Part shown: positions 19,230 to 29,005 of the stretch, piece after piece | Position numbering within the stretch: position 1 is the stretch's first letter | How the letters are laid out: the number at the start of each line of letters is the position of its first letter | NCBI GenBank assembly: GCA_963846575.1 | Contig: CAWJWJ010000001.1 | Coordinates: forward strand, 64,001-128,000 | Direction of reading: 5' to 3' | Source: an uncultured Nitrospiraceae bacterium | Lineage (GTDB): Bacteria > Nitrospirota > Nitrospiria > Nitrospirales > Nitrospiraceae | Length of the DNA: 64,000 bases | The notes under the pieces: model-generated | The model's input: only the letters and a program-made list of their open reading frames with translations | Databases searched by the model: none | Told to the model about the DNA's origin: nothing | Program-made: the position numbers and the translations under genes

Positions 19230-20419
19230 CAGACCCTCCTTTCCTGCTTGCGCTCACCATCGCCCCGCCCACCCGCCGGGATGGTGGACCCTGCCTGATT
19301 CCCGGTGGCCGACACCACTTGAACGGCGCCCAACGAATAGGCCCGTCCATTCACGATGAGTTCCATCGTGTGGATTCCGGGATAATGACGGCGGGTGGTG
19401 AGTTGCCTCAACCAGAGCCGCTTCGTCAACCGTACCGCCCCCCGCGGCGCCATTTCCAGCGTCTTCAGCTTAAACACTTTCGGTCGACACCCGCCATTGG
19501 CCTTGACGTAACTCACACGCAGATCGACCAGCAGGCGCTGCGCCGTCGACGCCAGGCTGACTACTTCACAGGACACCACCACGAACGATCCGATCATGGC
19601 GCGCCGCGGCGTCAGACTCACCTTGCGAATCGCCACCTGCGCCTGCCGGCCGAAACCCAGCAGCTTCAGCGCACCCGGCTCGGCGCGTTTTATCGCGAAC
19701 CGTAGGGCGTGGCGAATGACCCACCGTCGCTCCGCCGTCGCCCCTACCATCCATTGCCTCGCCCTGTCTACGAGCAGGGCCGGGTGGTCCTTGCCGATGT
19801 CGTTCAAACTGTTCGCCACGCTGCGCCGCACATACAAGTCTGGGTCGTCTTTCAAGAGTTCGAGCAAGGCGAGGACCGGACGGGGATCGACCTGGAATGA
19901 GCGCAACCGGGGAGCCCAGGGCAGCCGCGGGCGAGTGCCCTCCGACACCAGCCGGCGCACATCGGCGCTCGGGTCCGAGGCCCATTCCCGGAGACGGGCG
20001 AGCGTCGCCTCCTGATGCCGCTCCAGAAACCGCCGGATGCTGAATTCCGCCGTGAAGAGTTTTGTCAGCACATACTGCGCCCGCATGGAGACTTCGAAAT
20101 GTTCCAGCCCGTATTCGGCCACGAACAGCACGTGCGGAAGAAAGAGAAAAGATGCCATGGCCTGCCCGGGGTTGTTCCGGGGCCTGTGGTCGAGGGAGGC
20201 GAGGAGGATTTCAGCCGCCTGCGGATAGTCATCGGGCAGGTACTGCCTGAGCGCCCTGGCGATCGCGCGGCCCCGCGGCATCAACTCGAGCGCCTCATAC
20301 CCTTGCAACGCGGACCTGATGAATGCCTGATCCGCGAATACGGGGAACACGGCGGAGATCATTCGCGCAATCGTGAGGGGGACAGCGGGACCGAATTGAT
20401 GTTTCAGCGGTTCAGCCAT
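19229..20419 (-). CDS. DNA alkylation repair protein (AlkC/AlkD-like HEAT-repeat glycosylase)
   Basis: FTAEFSIRRFL, VRRLVSEGTRPRLPW, YVRRSVANSLND, C-terminal TTRRHYPG domain. Confidence 0.88.
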   Translation of the reverse strand: MAEPLKHQFGPAVPLTIARMISAVFPVFADQAFIRSALQGYEALELMPRGRAIARALRQYLPDDYPQAAEILLASLDHRPRNNPGQAMASFLFLPHVLFVAEYGLEHFEVSMRAQYVLTKLFTAEFSIRRFLERHQEATLARLREWASDPSADVRRLVSEGTRPRLPWAPRLRSFQVDPRPVLALLELLKDDPDLYVRRSVANSLNDIGKDHPALLVDRARQWMVGATAERRWVIRHALRFAIKRAEPGALKLLGFGRQAQVAIRKVSLTPRRAMIGSFVVVSCEVVSLASTAQRLLVDLRVSYVKANGGCRPKVFKLKTLEMAPRGAVRLTKRLWLRQLTTRRHYPGIHTMELIVNGRAYSLGAVQVVSATGNQAGSTIPAGGRGDGERKQERRV

Positions 20420-20479
20420 GCCCTGCCCTGAGTCGCCCTGAAGCGTGAACCCGATCAAGCAACCGGGTCGCGGCCGCCA

Positions 20480-20875
20480 TTACCCGCCCGCAAAGACCGG
20501 GCGGAATCCGGCCTCGGTCAGAAGGCGGGCCACCTCCACCCGTTTGTCGCCCTGAATTTCGATCCGGCCCCCCTTCACCGTACCGCCGCTCCCGCAGGCC
20601 TTCTGCATGGCCTTGGCCAGTTGTTCCAGTTCGGCCTGACCGATGCCAAGGAAACCCGTGACGACCGTCACCGTCTTCCCCCCGCGATGAGCCGTCTGCC
20701 TGATGATATCCACCCTGCCGCGATGCTTCACCTTCGCTGCGACCATGGGCTCGGCGCAATCGACCGTCTTCCGGATTGCCGGGGTCGCCGGCACCCCGGC
20801 CTGCTTCAGCGCGGCAAAGGGACTCGTCCAGGCAACCGGCCCGCCATCCGTGGGAATGCGTGTACGTTCTTTCAT
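20480..20875 (-). CDS. yciH: Translation initiation factor SUI1/YciH family
   Basis: RGGKTVTVV...KACGSGGTVK...IEIQGD. Confidence 0.88.
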   Translation of the reverse strand: MKERTRIPTDGGPVAWTSPFAALKQAGVPATPAIRKTVDCAEPMVAAKVKHRGRVDIIRQTAHRGGKTVTVVTGFLGIGQAELEQLAKAMQKACGSGGTVKGGRIEIQGDKRVEVARLLTEAGFRPVFAGG

Positions 20876-20879
20876 CTCG

Positions 20880-21452
20880 TTACCTTTCCGCGGGGTGCGC
20901 AGACCTCGTCCGGGCACCCTTCAAGGTCGTGACTGCCAGGTGTACCGACTTCATTCCGTCACCGATCAGCACCTCCCCTTCTTGAAGGGTGCAGTGCAAC
21001 TCCATGGTGCGTTGGGCCAGCTCCGTCATGGCACGGCTCGCCTCCGGCGGCACATTCCTGACGGTGAGATTATCAAACCGATCCAATGCCGACAGACGAC
21101 TCTTCCACCACTGGTCCGCAGCACGGCCTCCGTAGGTATAAATGCAGACCTGTCTGGCGCGACCGCAGGCCTGACGAATGACTTTCTCGTCCGGGAGACC
21201 GACATCGATCCAAAGCTCGATGGTCCCCGTCAAGTCTTTCTGCCAGAGCGCCGGTTCATCTTCTGCAGCCAGACCGCGGCCGAACGACAGGGTCTCATCC
21301 GCATGGAGCACGAACGCCAACAGGCGCACCATCATCCGTTCATCCGTTTCGGACGCATGCCGCGCAAGCGTCACGGCGTGGTCGTGGTAATAGTGCCGAT
21401 CCACGTCGGCAATGTGGAGGATCGCCTTACAGATAGTCGCGTTCGAGGCCAT
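20880..21452 (-). CDS. yaeQ: YaeQ family protein
   Basis: LARHASETDERMMVRLLAF...DEPALW...LWIDVGLPD. Confidence 0.92.
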   Translation of the reverse strand: MASNATICKAILHIADVDRHYYHDHAVTLARHASETDERMMVRLLAFVLHADETLSFGRGLAAEDEPALWQKDLTGTIELWIDVGLPDEKVIRQACGRARQVCIYTYGGRAADQWWKSRLSALDRFDNLTVRNVPPEASRAMTELAQRTMELHCTLQEGEVLIGDGMKSVHLAVTTLKGARTRSAHPAER

Positions 21453-21506
21453 GGCTGCTGATTCCTTCACGGTGACTGGCCGCGCCACGGGTGCGGCCAG
21501 CCACCC

Positions 21507-23825
21507 TCATTTTCGATTGATCTTGGCCTCGGCAAACGCGGTGTCGATCATGAAGCGCAAGTCGCTGGCGACCGTGGCCGGCTCGATGCCCGGACCGATT
21601 TCGATCCAGTAATACACGAGAAATACCAGCGCATGCTCGCTGAAATCATCCAGGAGCACATAGGGTTCCGGCAGCTTGAGGATTTTCCCGTGCCGCCCCG
21701 CCAGCTCGCACAGCAACTCCTTCACGCGGCGGGCATCGGACCCGGCGGCAACCGACATCCGCAGCGAGTAGCGTTTGTCATAGCTGGAGTAGGTCCAGTT
21801 GGTCAGATTCTTTTCGAGCAGGTTGCTGTTCGGCACCAGGGTTTCGACTCCGCTGACGTCCCGGATCGTGGACGACCGCAAACCGATGGTGGTGACCATG
21901 CCTCTGATCCCGTCCACCTCAATCACATCGCCGACCCGCAGGGGGCGCTCCATCAGCAGCAGTAACCCGCTGATGACGTTTTTCAAAAGGTTCTGGGTGC
22001 CGAACCCCACCCCGATCGCCAGGGCTCCGCCGAGGAACGCGAACGCGGTGATCGGAATCTTGACATAAAGCAGCGTCAGGATCACCAGAATCACGAACAG
22101 AAAGGCAAAGGCCCATTGCCGGATGATATTGGCGACGTTCGGATCGATTTGGAGCCGGGCGGTCGCCTGGCGCGCGGCGAAACGGGCCAGGAGACCGGCC
22201 AGCCAATAGCCGACGATCAGGATCGCCAGCGCGGTCACCACTTTCCCGAGCGTGACGCTGCGACGGCCCGTGACGGTCTTGCCGTCCACCTCGATGGTGT
22301 CATCCACGGTGAACAGTTCAACCTGCCAGGCGCCGGCCAACAGGGTCGTGGTCGTCTGCCCCCACTCCTTCATCCGCACGAGCATGGATCGCGCCCGCTC
22401 GCGCTGGGTAATTTCAGCCTGCCTGTTCTCAATCAGCCCCAACAACGAATCGGCCCGCTGCAACATGTGCCGGTACAGATCCTCCCTCTTCCGGTAGGCA
22501 TCGAGCATCTGGCCGAGGTGCTGCGCGGTTGCCGGCGAAGTCGTCCCCTCGAGGCGATCTTCCACGTCGCTGATCTGGCTGCCCAGCATGACCAATTGTT
22601 GTAACCCGTACTCCTTCCACCCCTGAATCTGTTTCGCCGCCGCGGACAGCTTCGAGGATGCCTCGCGCTCCTCCTCGAGCGAGAGACGTCCCTGCATCGT
22701 GGCAAAACGGATTTCCCACACTTGCCGTTCCTGTTCGAGGCCGCTCAACATCTGGCGCAACATATCGACATGCAGATTGACGTTGTCGAACCGCAGGCGG
22801 TTCAGCTCGACGGCGTTGGTGAGACGCTTCACCCGCTCCGATTGCGGCCGCTGACCCGTACTCTGGGTCGCCGAGGCCGGAACCGTCGCCGCGGACAGTT
22901 CGGCTTCACCGGCGGCCACCGCCTGCCGTCGCCTCGATTGTTCCTCAACCGCCTGCTCCATCTCCGCCATCAGCTCGCGATGGTCCGCCTCCAACCGCGT
23001 GGTAATCTTCTCGTAGTCTTGCTGGGGAAATGCCACCTCCTGTTTCGCGACAGCGAGTTGCCGATCGAGCAGGGCCGAGCGGTGACGAGCTTCGGCCAGC
23101 TCTTCCTGGATATGCTTCTTCTCCGCCTCCAACATGCCGATCCGCGCGGACTCCACCCGCTCGCGCAACTGGGCGAGGGCACGCTCCCCCGTCAGCGTTT
23201 CCCGTTTGGCGGGATCCTGCACTCCTTCCAGACGTTCGGTGACCTGCCGGACACGCTCTTGGGCGGTCTTGAGATTGCGGCGCGCCGTATCGGCCAGGCT
23301 CTCGGTCATCGTGAGCCTGGTTTGAACACCCTGCATCGCCAGCGCAATGGATCGCGCCGCATCACGCAACTCATCGACCTTCAGGACGGAATAGGGCGCG
23401 GGGGCGGGAAAGCCGTTCCATTCCTTTTGCTGCCGCTCGGCTTCGGCCACTCGTTGCCGCATTTGCTCCAGGTTTCTGAGGGCGTCGAGATGTTGCTCGT
23501 AGGTCTGCACCAGCCGCTGCAGCGAGGAGCGACGTTCCATCAATCGACCATCTGCGGACCCCGGAGGGGCTCCGTTCTTCGGAGGCTGCGCGGCAGGAAG
23601 TTCGTTGAGTTCGCGTTCCGCGTCGGAGAGTTTGCGTTGAAGTTCAGGGACGACCGCGTCAGGACCCGGATTTGCCGACGTGGTCGTGTCCGGCGTTCCC
23701 GCGGCGATATCTGCAGCCGTGCGAACGGTCTTCAGCCCGGAGGACGGTGAGGATTGCGCCACGGGAACAGGAAGCATCAGCAGCGCGATGAGCGGCCAGA
23801 GGGCAAAGATGACAGGCCTGAACAC
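21507..23825 (-). CDS. MscS-family mechanosensitive channel with a large periplasmic coiled-coil (MscK-like)
   Basis: Signal peptide, long coiled-coil, GALAIGVGFGTQN...ERPLRVGD...VPNS...TNWT. Confidence 0.9.
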   Translation of the reverse strand: MFRPVIFALWPLIALLMLPVPVAQSSPSSGLKTVRTAADIAAGTPDTTTSANPGPDAVVPELQRKLSDAERELNELPAAQPPKNGAPPGSADGRLMERRSSLQRLVQTYEQHLDALRNLEQMRQRVAEAERQQKEWNGFPAPAPYSVLKVDELRDAARSIALAMQGVQTRLTMTESLADTARRNLKTAQERVRQVTERLEGVQDPAKRETLTGERALAQLRERVESARIGMLEAEKKHIQEELAEARHRSALLDRQLAVAKQEVAFPQQDYEKITTRLEADHRELMAEMEQAVEEQSRRRQAVAAGEAELSAATVPASATQSTGQRPQSERVKRLTNAVELNRLRFDNVNLHVDMLRQMLSGLEQERQVWEIRFATMQGRLSLEEEREASSKLSAAAKQIQGWKEYGLQQLVMLGSQISDVEDRLEGTTSPATAQHLGQMLDAYRKREDLYRHMLQRADSLLGLIENRQAEITQRERARSMLVRMKEWGQTTTTLLAGAWQVELFTVDDTIEVDGKTVTGRRSVTLGKVVTALAILIVGYWLAGLLARFAARQATARLQIDPNVANIIRQWAFAFLFVILVILTLLYVKIPITAFAFLGGALAIGVGFGTQNLLKNVISGLLLLMERPLRVGDVIEVDGIRGMVTTIGLRSSTIRDVSGVETLVPNSNLLEKNLTNWTYSSYDKRYSLRMSVAAGSDARRVKELLCELAGRHGKILKLPEPYVLLDDFSEHALVFLVYYWIEIGPGIEPATVASDLRFMIDTAFAEAKINRK

Positions 23826-24000
23826 GAAGGTTACCTCCCGCTGTCAAAAAACCATACATCCGTATCGACAGTCCAGTGGATGGTGACTGGAGATGCCGGC
23901 TAGTTCAAGCGGAGAATCGAATCGGTCGAGAGGCCAGGGACTCATCGGGTAGGAATCGGCAATTCCTTCGGCAGCAGCCGCATCGGCAAGGGGGTAGCGA

Positions 24001-24231
24001 TCATTCGAGCTCCGCGATATACATCCCCTCCACCCGCTCGCGCGCCCACGGGGTCTTGCGGAGAAACGTGAGGCTCGATTTCACGCTCGGGTTATTCAGG
24101 AAGCAGCGGACCGGCAGGCGACGGCCTAACTCAGGCCACCCATGCCGCTCGACGAGCTGGGTGACGATGGTTTCCAGCGTGATGCCGTGCAAGGGATCGC
24201 GGGGATGGGAAGAGGACGGTGGTTGGCTCAT
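24001..24231 (-). CDS. VF530/DUF2132 family small protein
   Basis: DPLHGITLE...GWPEL...CF..NPSVKSSLTFLRKTPWARERVE. Confidence 0.9.
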   Translation of the reverse strand: MSQPPSSSHPRDPLHGITLETIVTQLVERHGWPELGRRLPVRCFLNNPSVKSSLTFLRKTPWARERVEGMYIAELE

Positions 24232-24671
24232 AGGATTCGTCTGACCTCGCGCATGAACCGTGACTTTAGATACAGTTTGTCAGGCGGTCAAGAGGGACGT
24301 CGATCACGCGAAGACCATTGCGGCAGGCCCGCACAGCAGCAGAATGGGGCAATCCGATTCTGTCAGGCGTCCAGGTCTCACCCGTAGCGCACCGGCTTCT
24401 CTCTCAGGAACCACGAGCCATCAAGCTTCTCACAATCCGCGCTGCACCCTCAGATATCACCGGTGCGCTAGGTGGGGAGGAACGGCAGGCCTGGCGCTCG
24501 TGCGCGCCCGGCTGAGTCGGAATAAACCCTCGCTTGCCACAATACAATCAGTTTGGCTGGTATAGTGAATGTGCAGGTCATGGCGTCGGCCTGGCGCAGG
24601 CTGACCATGATTGGAGTGGTTCCATCTCGCACGCAGTACCTCGCTTCCCCCTAACTGGAGGAGAGTTGTTT

Positions 24672-24791
24672 ATGCACACATCCTTGTTCCTGTTGTCCGT
24701 AGTCGCCATCGGCATGGCCGCACTCGCGGTCCCCAAACTCCTGCCGTCGCTCCTTCGACAGACCGGTAACCGGAAAAGCCGAAGATTCTAA
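24672..24791 (+). CDS. Small single-TM peptide, 39 aa
   Basis: SD GGAGGAG before ATG 24672; MHTSLFLLSVVAIGMAALAVPKLLPSLLRQTGNRKSRRF; extended -10 TGGTATAGT at 24558-24566. Confidence 0.55.
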   Translation: MHTSLFLLSVVAIGMAALAVPKLLPSLLRQTGNRKSRRF

Positions 24792-25087
24792 CAGCGGCCG
24801 GTTGCACCTCCTGGAATGCCACCGACCGATGCAACAGTGATCTGGGGCGAGGGTATGCCGGCCCACGAACCCTGCGGCTCGTCGAGACGGCCGGTCGCCC
24901 CCACCTGGTCGGCTTCTTCAAACAAGGCCCCGCTGATCTGGGTCGGCGGGGCCTTCTCGTGCATGGCAGGGTCTTAGCGGCGAACTCCCCATTCAGGATT
25001 TGGAATGGCCCTGTCCGGCGGTTCTTGTCTGGGCGGCGTGCGCCCAAACCCGATTCGCGGTAGAGTGTGTCTGGAGGCATCCTCACG

Positions 25088-26419
25088 ATGGATAAATTAT
25101 CCACCATTCCTCAGTTCCTTTCGCATGACCTCTGGACGATCGACCTCGCCACGCTGCCCCGATACCAGCGCATCGGAGTGCATGCCATACGGCTCGCAAT
25201 CGCCGTTGCGATGGAATTCCGCCACCGGTTGCTCGATGCCCGCGCGGCGGGGCTGGTCTACACCACCCTCCTTTCACTGGTCCCCTTTCTAGCCGTCATG
25301 TTTTCGGTGTTAAAGGCCTTCGGCGTGCATCAGCAGATCGAACCGGTCCTGTCCCAAGCCCTGGAGCCTCTCGGCGCGAAGGGAGAAGAACTCACGACGA
25401 CCATCATCGGCTTTGTGGACAATCTCAAGATTGGGGTGCTGGGAGTCGTCGGCGTCGCAGGACTCTTCTACACGACCTACTCGCTCATTGATAAGATCGA
25501 GCAATCCCTGAACGCCATTTGGCTGGTGCGAGAGGGTCGTTCGTGGGGCAGGAAGTTTGCCGACTATTTGAGCGCCGTCCTGGTGGGCCCGCTGCTGGTC
25601 GTCACGGCGTTCGGCCTGTTGGCCTCGTTACATAGCCATAGCCTGGTACAGCGCCTGCTGGACATCCAGCCGTTCGGGTATGTGGTGGTGTGGGCAGGCC
25701 AATTCGTGCCCTTCATCATCCTGACCGGTGTCTTCACATTTTTTTACAAGTTCATCCCGAACACGCAGGTGCGATTCGAATCAGCCCTCGTCGGCGGCGT
25801 CAGTGCGGCCCTCCTCTGGGGCCTCGCCGGAGCAGCCTTCGCGAAGTTTGTGGCGGAATCGGCTAAGTACAGCGCGATCTATTCCGGATTCGCCGTGCTG
25901 ATCATCTTTCTGCTCTGGCTCTATGCCGGATGGCTGATCATCCTCATCGGGGCGCAGTTTTCGTTCTTCCACCAACATCCCACCGCCTACCGCTCGCGCC
26001 TCCTCTGGCAACAGGGGACCCATGCGTTTCGTGAGCGCCTGACCCTAAGCCTCCTCCTGGTCATGACTCGCCGATACCTGAAGGGCAACGGTCCGGTCAT
26101 GGCAGACGACCTGGCCATTGATCTTCGCGTGCCCGTGTCGCTCGTTGAGGACCAGGTCGAACAACTGGTGGAGGCTGGCCTGCTCGGTCTCATGACCAAG
26201 CCCGAAGGCGTGACCCTCACCAAGCCGCCCGAACTGATCTCCGTCAAGGAGGTGTTGGATGCCACCCACAAGGGCCAGGCCGCCGATGCCATGATACCGT
26301 TGGAGGCCGGTGACCCTGTTCGTGAGGTGTTGCGTCTTCGGGACAGTGCGATCGTCGAGGCTCTCGACGGTCAGACGTTGCGGTCTCTCGCCGAGAGCCA
26401 TAATTCCCGTGATGCGTGA
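25088..26419 (+). CDS. YihY/BrkB family membrane protein with a C-terminal winged-helix (Rrf2-like) domain
   Basis: AAGLVYTTLLSLVP, AIYSGFA..IIFLLWLYAGW; C-terminal helical domain; SD GGAGG. Confidence 0.88.
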   Translation: MDKLSTIPQFLSHDLWTIDLATLPRYQRIGVHAIRLAIAVAMEFRHRLLDARAAGLVYTTLLSLVPFLAVMFSVLKAFGVHQQIEPVLSQALEPLGAKGEELTTTIIGFVDNLKIGVLGVVGVAGLFYTTYSLIDKIEQSLNAIWLVREGRSWGRKFADYLSAVLVGPLLVVTAFGLLASLHSHSLVQRLLDIQPFGYVVVWAGQFVPFIILTGVFTFFYKFIPNTQVRFESALVGGVSAALLWGLAGAAFAKFVAESAKYSAIYSGFAVLIIFLLWLYAGWLIILIGAQFSFFHQHPTAYRSRLLWQQGTHAFRERLTLSLLLVMTRRYLKGNGPVMADDLAIDLRVPVSLVEDQVEQLVEAGLLGLMTKPEGVTLTKPPELISVKEVLDATHKGQAADAMIPLEAGDPVREVLRLRDSAIVEALDGQTLRSLAESHNSRDA

Positions 26420-26623
26420 CAACATCTGGCTGTCGTCTCCATGGCACAGGCCCGGTCGCCCCTCGAACGATGCGGTACGGACACATCCGCCTGCGTTCCA
26501 ATCTTCTCCTGTCCTTGCCGCAGCACCGCTCCGACTGATAAAAGAATGAGTTAACGCTGCAGCGATCCGGGCGACCTGTTCGTCCCCTGTATCGTCGGGC
26601 GACCAACAACCAAGAGACACGCT

Positions 26624-28249
26624 ATGTCCCTGCCGGCTGAGAAATCTGCATCCGACGACCTTCGCCGAGAAGTGCTGCGACGACGCACCTTCGCCATCAT
26701 TTCACACCCGGACGCCGGGAAAACCACCTTGACGGAAAAACTGCTGCTCTATGCGGGCGCCGTTCATCTGGCTGGCGCAGTGCAGGCTCGTTCAAGCCAA
26801 CGTCAGGCCAAGTCCGACTGGATGGAGTTGGAACAAGCGCGCGGCATCTCGATCACCTCCACCATGCTGCAGTTTGATTATCAAGGGGCGCGGGTGAATC
26901 TACTCGACACCCCGGGCCACCAGGACTTCAGCGAAGACACCTACCGCACACTCATGGCGGTGGATAGCGCGGTCATGGTGTTGGACGGCGCCAAGGGCAT
27001 CGAGCCGCAGACCAAAAAACTCTTTGCCGTCTGCCGCAAGCGCGGTATCCCGATTCTGACCTTCATCAACAAGATGGACCAGCCCGGACGCCACCCGTTC
27101 GACCTGCTCGATGAAATTGAGCGCACCTTGGGCATGACGGCGGTTCCGTTCAATTGGCCGATCGGCGAAGGATCCGGCTTTCAAGGCGTCTACGATTTTC
27201 AGAACCGGCAGGTGCTGTTCTTCCAGCGAACCGCCCACAACCAGCGCCGCGCTCCGATGACCATCGAAGCCTTTCCCAACCCGAAACTGGAGGAGACGCT
27301 CGGGGAGGCCTATGCCCCCCTGCAGGAAGAAATCGGGCTCCTGGCCGGGGCCGGTACGTCGTTCGATCGCACCCGTTTCCTGGCGGGGGAACTGACCCCC
27401 GTGTTCTTCGGCAGCGCCCTGACCAACTTCGGGGTGGGGCCGTTCCTCGACGCCTTCACCCAACTCGCGCCACCGCCCGGTCCGCGTCACAGCGCCCAGG
27501 GCCTCGTACAGCCGACGGACGACACCTTTTCCGGTTTCGTGTTCAAAATCCAGGCGAACATGGATCCGCAACACCGTGACCGCATGGCGTTTCTTCGCAT
27601 CTGCTCAGGCCGCTTCGAGAAAGACATGATGGTGTATCATGCCCGCTTGGGCCGGAAGATCCGCATGACACGTCCGCACAGACTCTTCGGGCGCGATCGC
27701 GAAACGATCGACGAGGCCTACCCCGGCGACGTGGTCGGGTTGGTGAATCCCGGGCTGTTCACGATCGGCGATACCTTGACCTCCGATCCGTCGCTGGCGT
27801 TCGATCCCATCCCCCACTTCGCGCCCGAATGTTTCGGCCTGTTACGCACGCGGGACATTTCCAAGCACAAGCAGTTCCAGAAGGGACTGAAGCAGCTGGA
27901 AGAAGAGGGCGTGATGCAGATTTTTTATTCGCCGGACCATGTCCGGCGCGAGCCGGTCCTGGCTGCGGTGGGCGAATTGCAGTTCGACGTCGTCGTCTCC
28001 CGCCTGGAGAACGAATACGGGGTGAAAACCACCGTCGACCGCATGCCCCATGTGCTTGCTCGATGGCTCGTCGGTGATCCAGAGAAGATCGCCGCCGTTT
28101 ACTGGCCCTCCGATACCCTGCGGCTCGTCGATCAACAAGGCCGCGCGGTCATGTTGTTTACCACCGAACATCTCCTGGCCTATTGCATCAAATCCAACCC
28201 CTCCATTCAGTTTCTCCTGCGGGAAGAAGTAGGACAACCCGAGCTGTAA
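26624..28249 (+). CDS. prfC: Peptide chain release factor 3
   Basis: RRRTFAIISHPDAGKTT, DTPGHQDFSEDT, FKIQANMDPQHRDR, VGELQFDV. Confidence 0.97.
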   Translation: MSLPAEKSASDDLRREVLRRRTFAIISHPDAGKTTLTEKLLLYAGAVHLAGAVQARSSQRQAKSDWMELEQARGISITSTMLQFDYQGARVNLLDTPGHQDFSEDTYRTLMAVDSAVMVLDGAKGIEPQTKKLFAVCRKRGIPILTFINKMDQPGRHPFDLLDEIERTLGMTAVPFNWPIGEGSGFQGVYDFQNRQVLFFQRTAHNQRRAPMTIEAFPNPKLEETLGEAYAPLQEEIGLLAGAGTSFDRTRFLAGELTPVFFGSALTNFGVGPFLDAFTQLAPPPGPRHSAQGLVQPTDDTFSGFVFKIQANMDPQHRDRMAFLRICSGRFEKDMMVYHARLGRKIRMTRPHRLFGRDRETIDEAYPGDVVGLVNPGLFTIGDTLTSDPSLAFDPIPHFAPECFGLLRTRDISKHKQFQKGLKQLEEEGVMQIFYSPDHVRREPVLAAVGELQFDVVVSRLENEYGVKTTVDRMPHVLARWLVGDPEKIAAVYWPSDTLRLVDQQGRAVMLFTTEHLLAYCIKSNPSIQFLLREEVGQPEL

Positions 28250-28669
28250 CACCAACGACTTCTGTCCCGGGCTCCGCTGCGGCCCTGCCACCCTCACCGC
28301 CCCTTGATGATCGAAGTGTGTTATAAAGGGGGGTCCGTCAGAGAAGGCACCCTGGCTCGTATGTGAAGTAGGCGAACTACACCGCTTGCCGTCTTTAGCG
28401 CCTCAGGCTAACCCGGCCGAGGCTTCTTGCCTTGCTTACTTTCCTGAATTGATGTCCATTGGATCCCTCCCGACTGCGGCGAGGAGGACGGAAGACCACC
28501 AGTCACACTGTTCATGAGTGCCGCCGCGCACCGGTCGACGGGAGTGCATGAGCAACGCCATCCGGACCAGCGGACCGGACGACGGGCGCGGCAAGCCATG
28601 CGGCAACCTGGCGGCTGGTTCGCCGGTCAACCAGGCCATGATTGAACGACGATTTCGAGGAGAACGACC

Positions 28670-28840
28670 ATGCCGAAAGCCCGAACTGCAAAGAACTGCT
28701 ACTGCTGCGAAGCAGAAGATCGAATCAAGATGACCTATATGCTCTGTGGCCTCTGCCACCGGCATTTCTGCAGCGCCCATGGCGTTCCGGATCTGGAACA
28801 ATGCACCAAGTGCCTGGAAGCGAGCGAAGAAACGGAATAG
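28670..28840 (+). CDS. Small Cys/His-rich zinc-finger-like protein, 56 aa (not in the ORF track)
   Basis: SD GAGGAG; MPKARTAKNCYCCEAEDRIKMTYMLCGLCHRHFCSAHGVPDLEQCTKCLEASEETE*. Confidence 0.75.
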   Translation: MPKARTAKNCYCCEAEDRIKMTYMLCGLCHRHFCSAHGVPDLEQCTKCLEASEETE

Positions 28841-29005
28841 TCCCTGTCAGGATGCTGAAAAGCCCCCAGCATGGATCTCGCATCACACCGAGCCGTCGGG
28901 GTACGGCCGCGGATAAGACCTTCCTCCTCGTTCGCTACGGACTTGCTGACAGCCCTTGGTTGAACATCCTGTACGTGAGGCATTGCCCATGGACCGGACG
29001 ACTCG

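Noticed and set aside
24340..24410. Glycine riboswitch (CTCTCAGG and a GCAA hairpin)
   Set aside because: The other conserved aptamer segments are missing and no glycine-related gene lies downstream
28327..28470. 6S RNA or RNase P RNA
   Set aside because: Lacks the RNase P GAGGAAAGUCC signature, recognisable 6S motifs and the usual 6S gene context; kept only as an unassigned structured candidate
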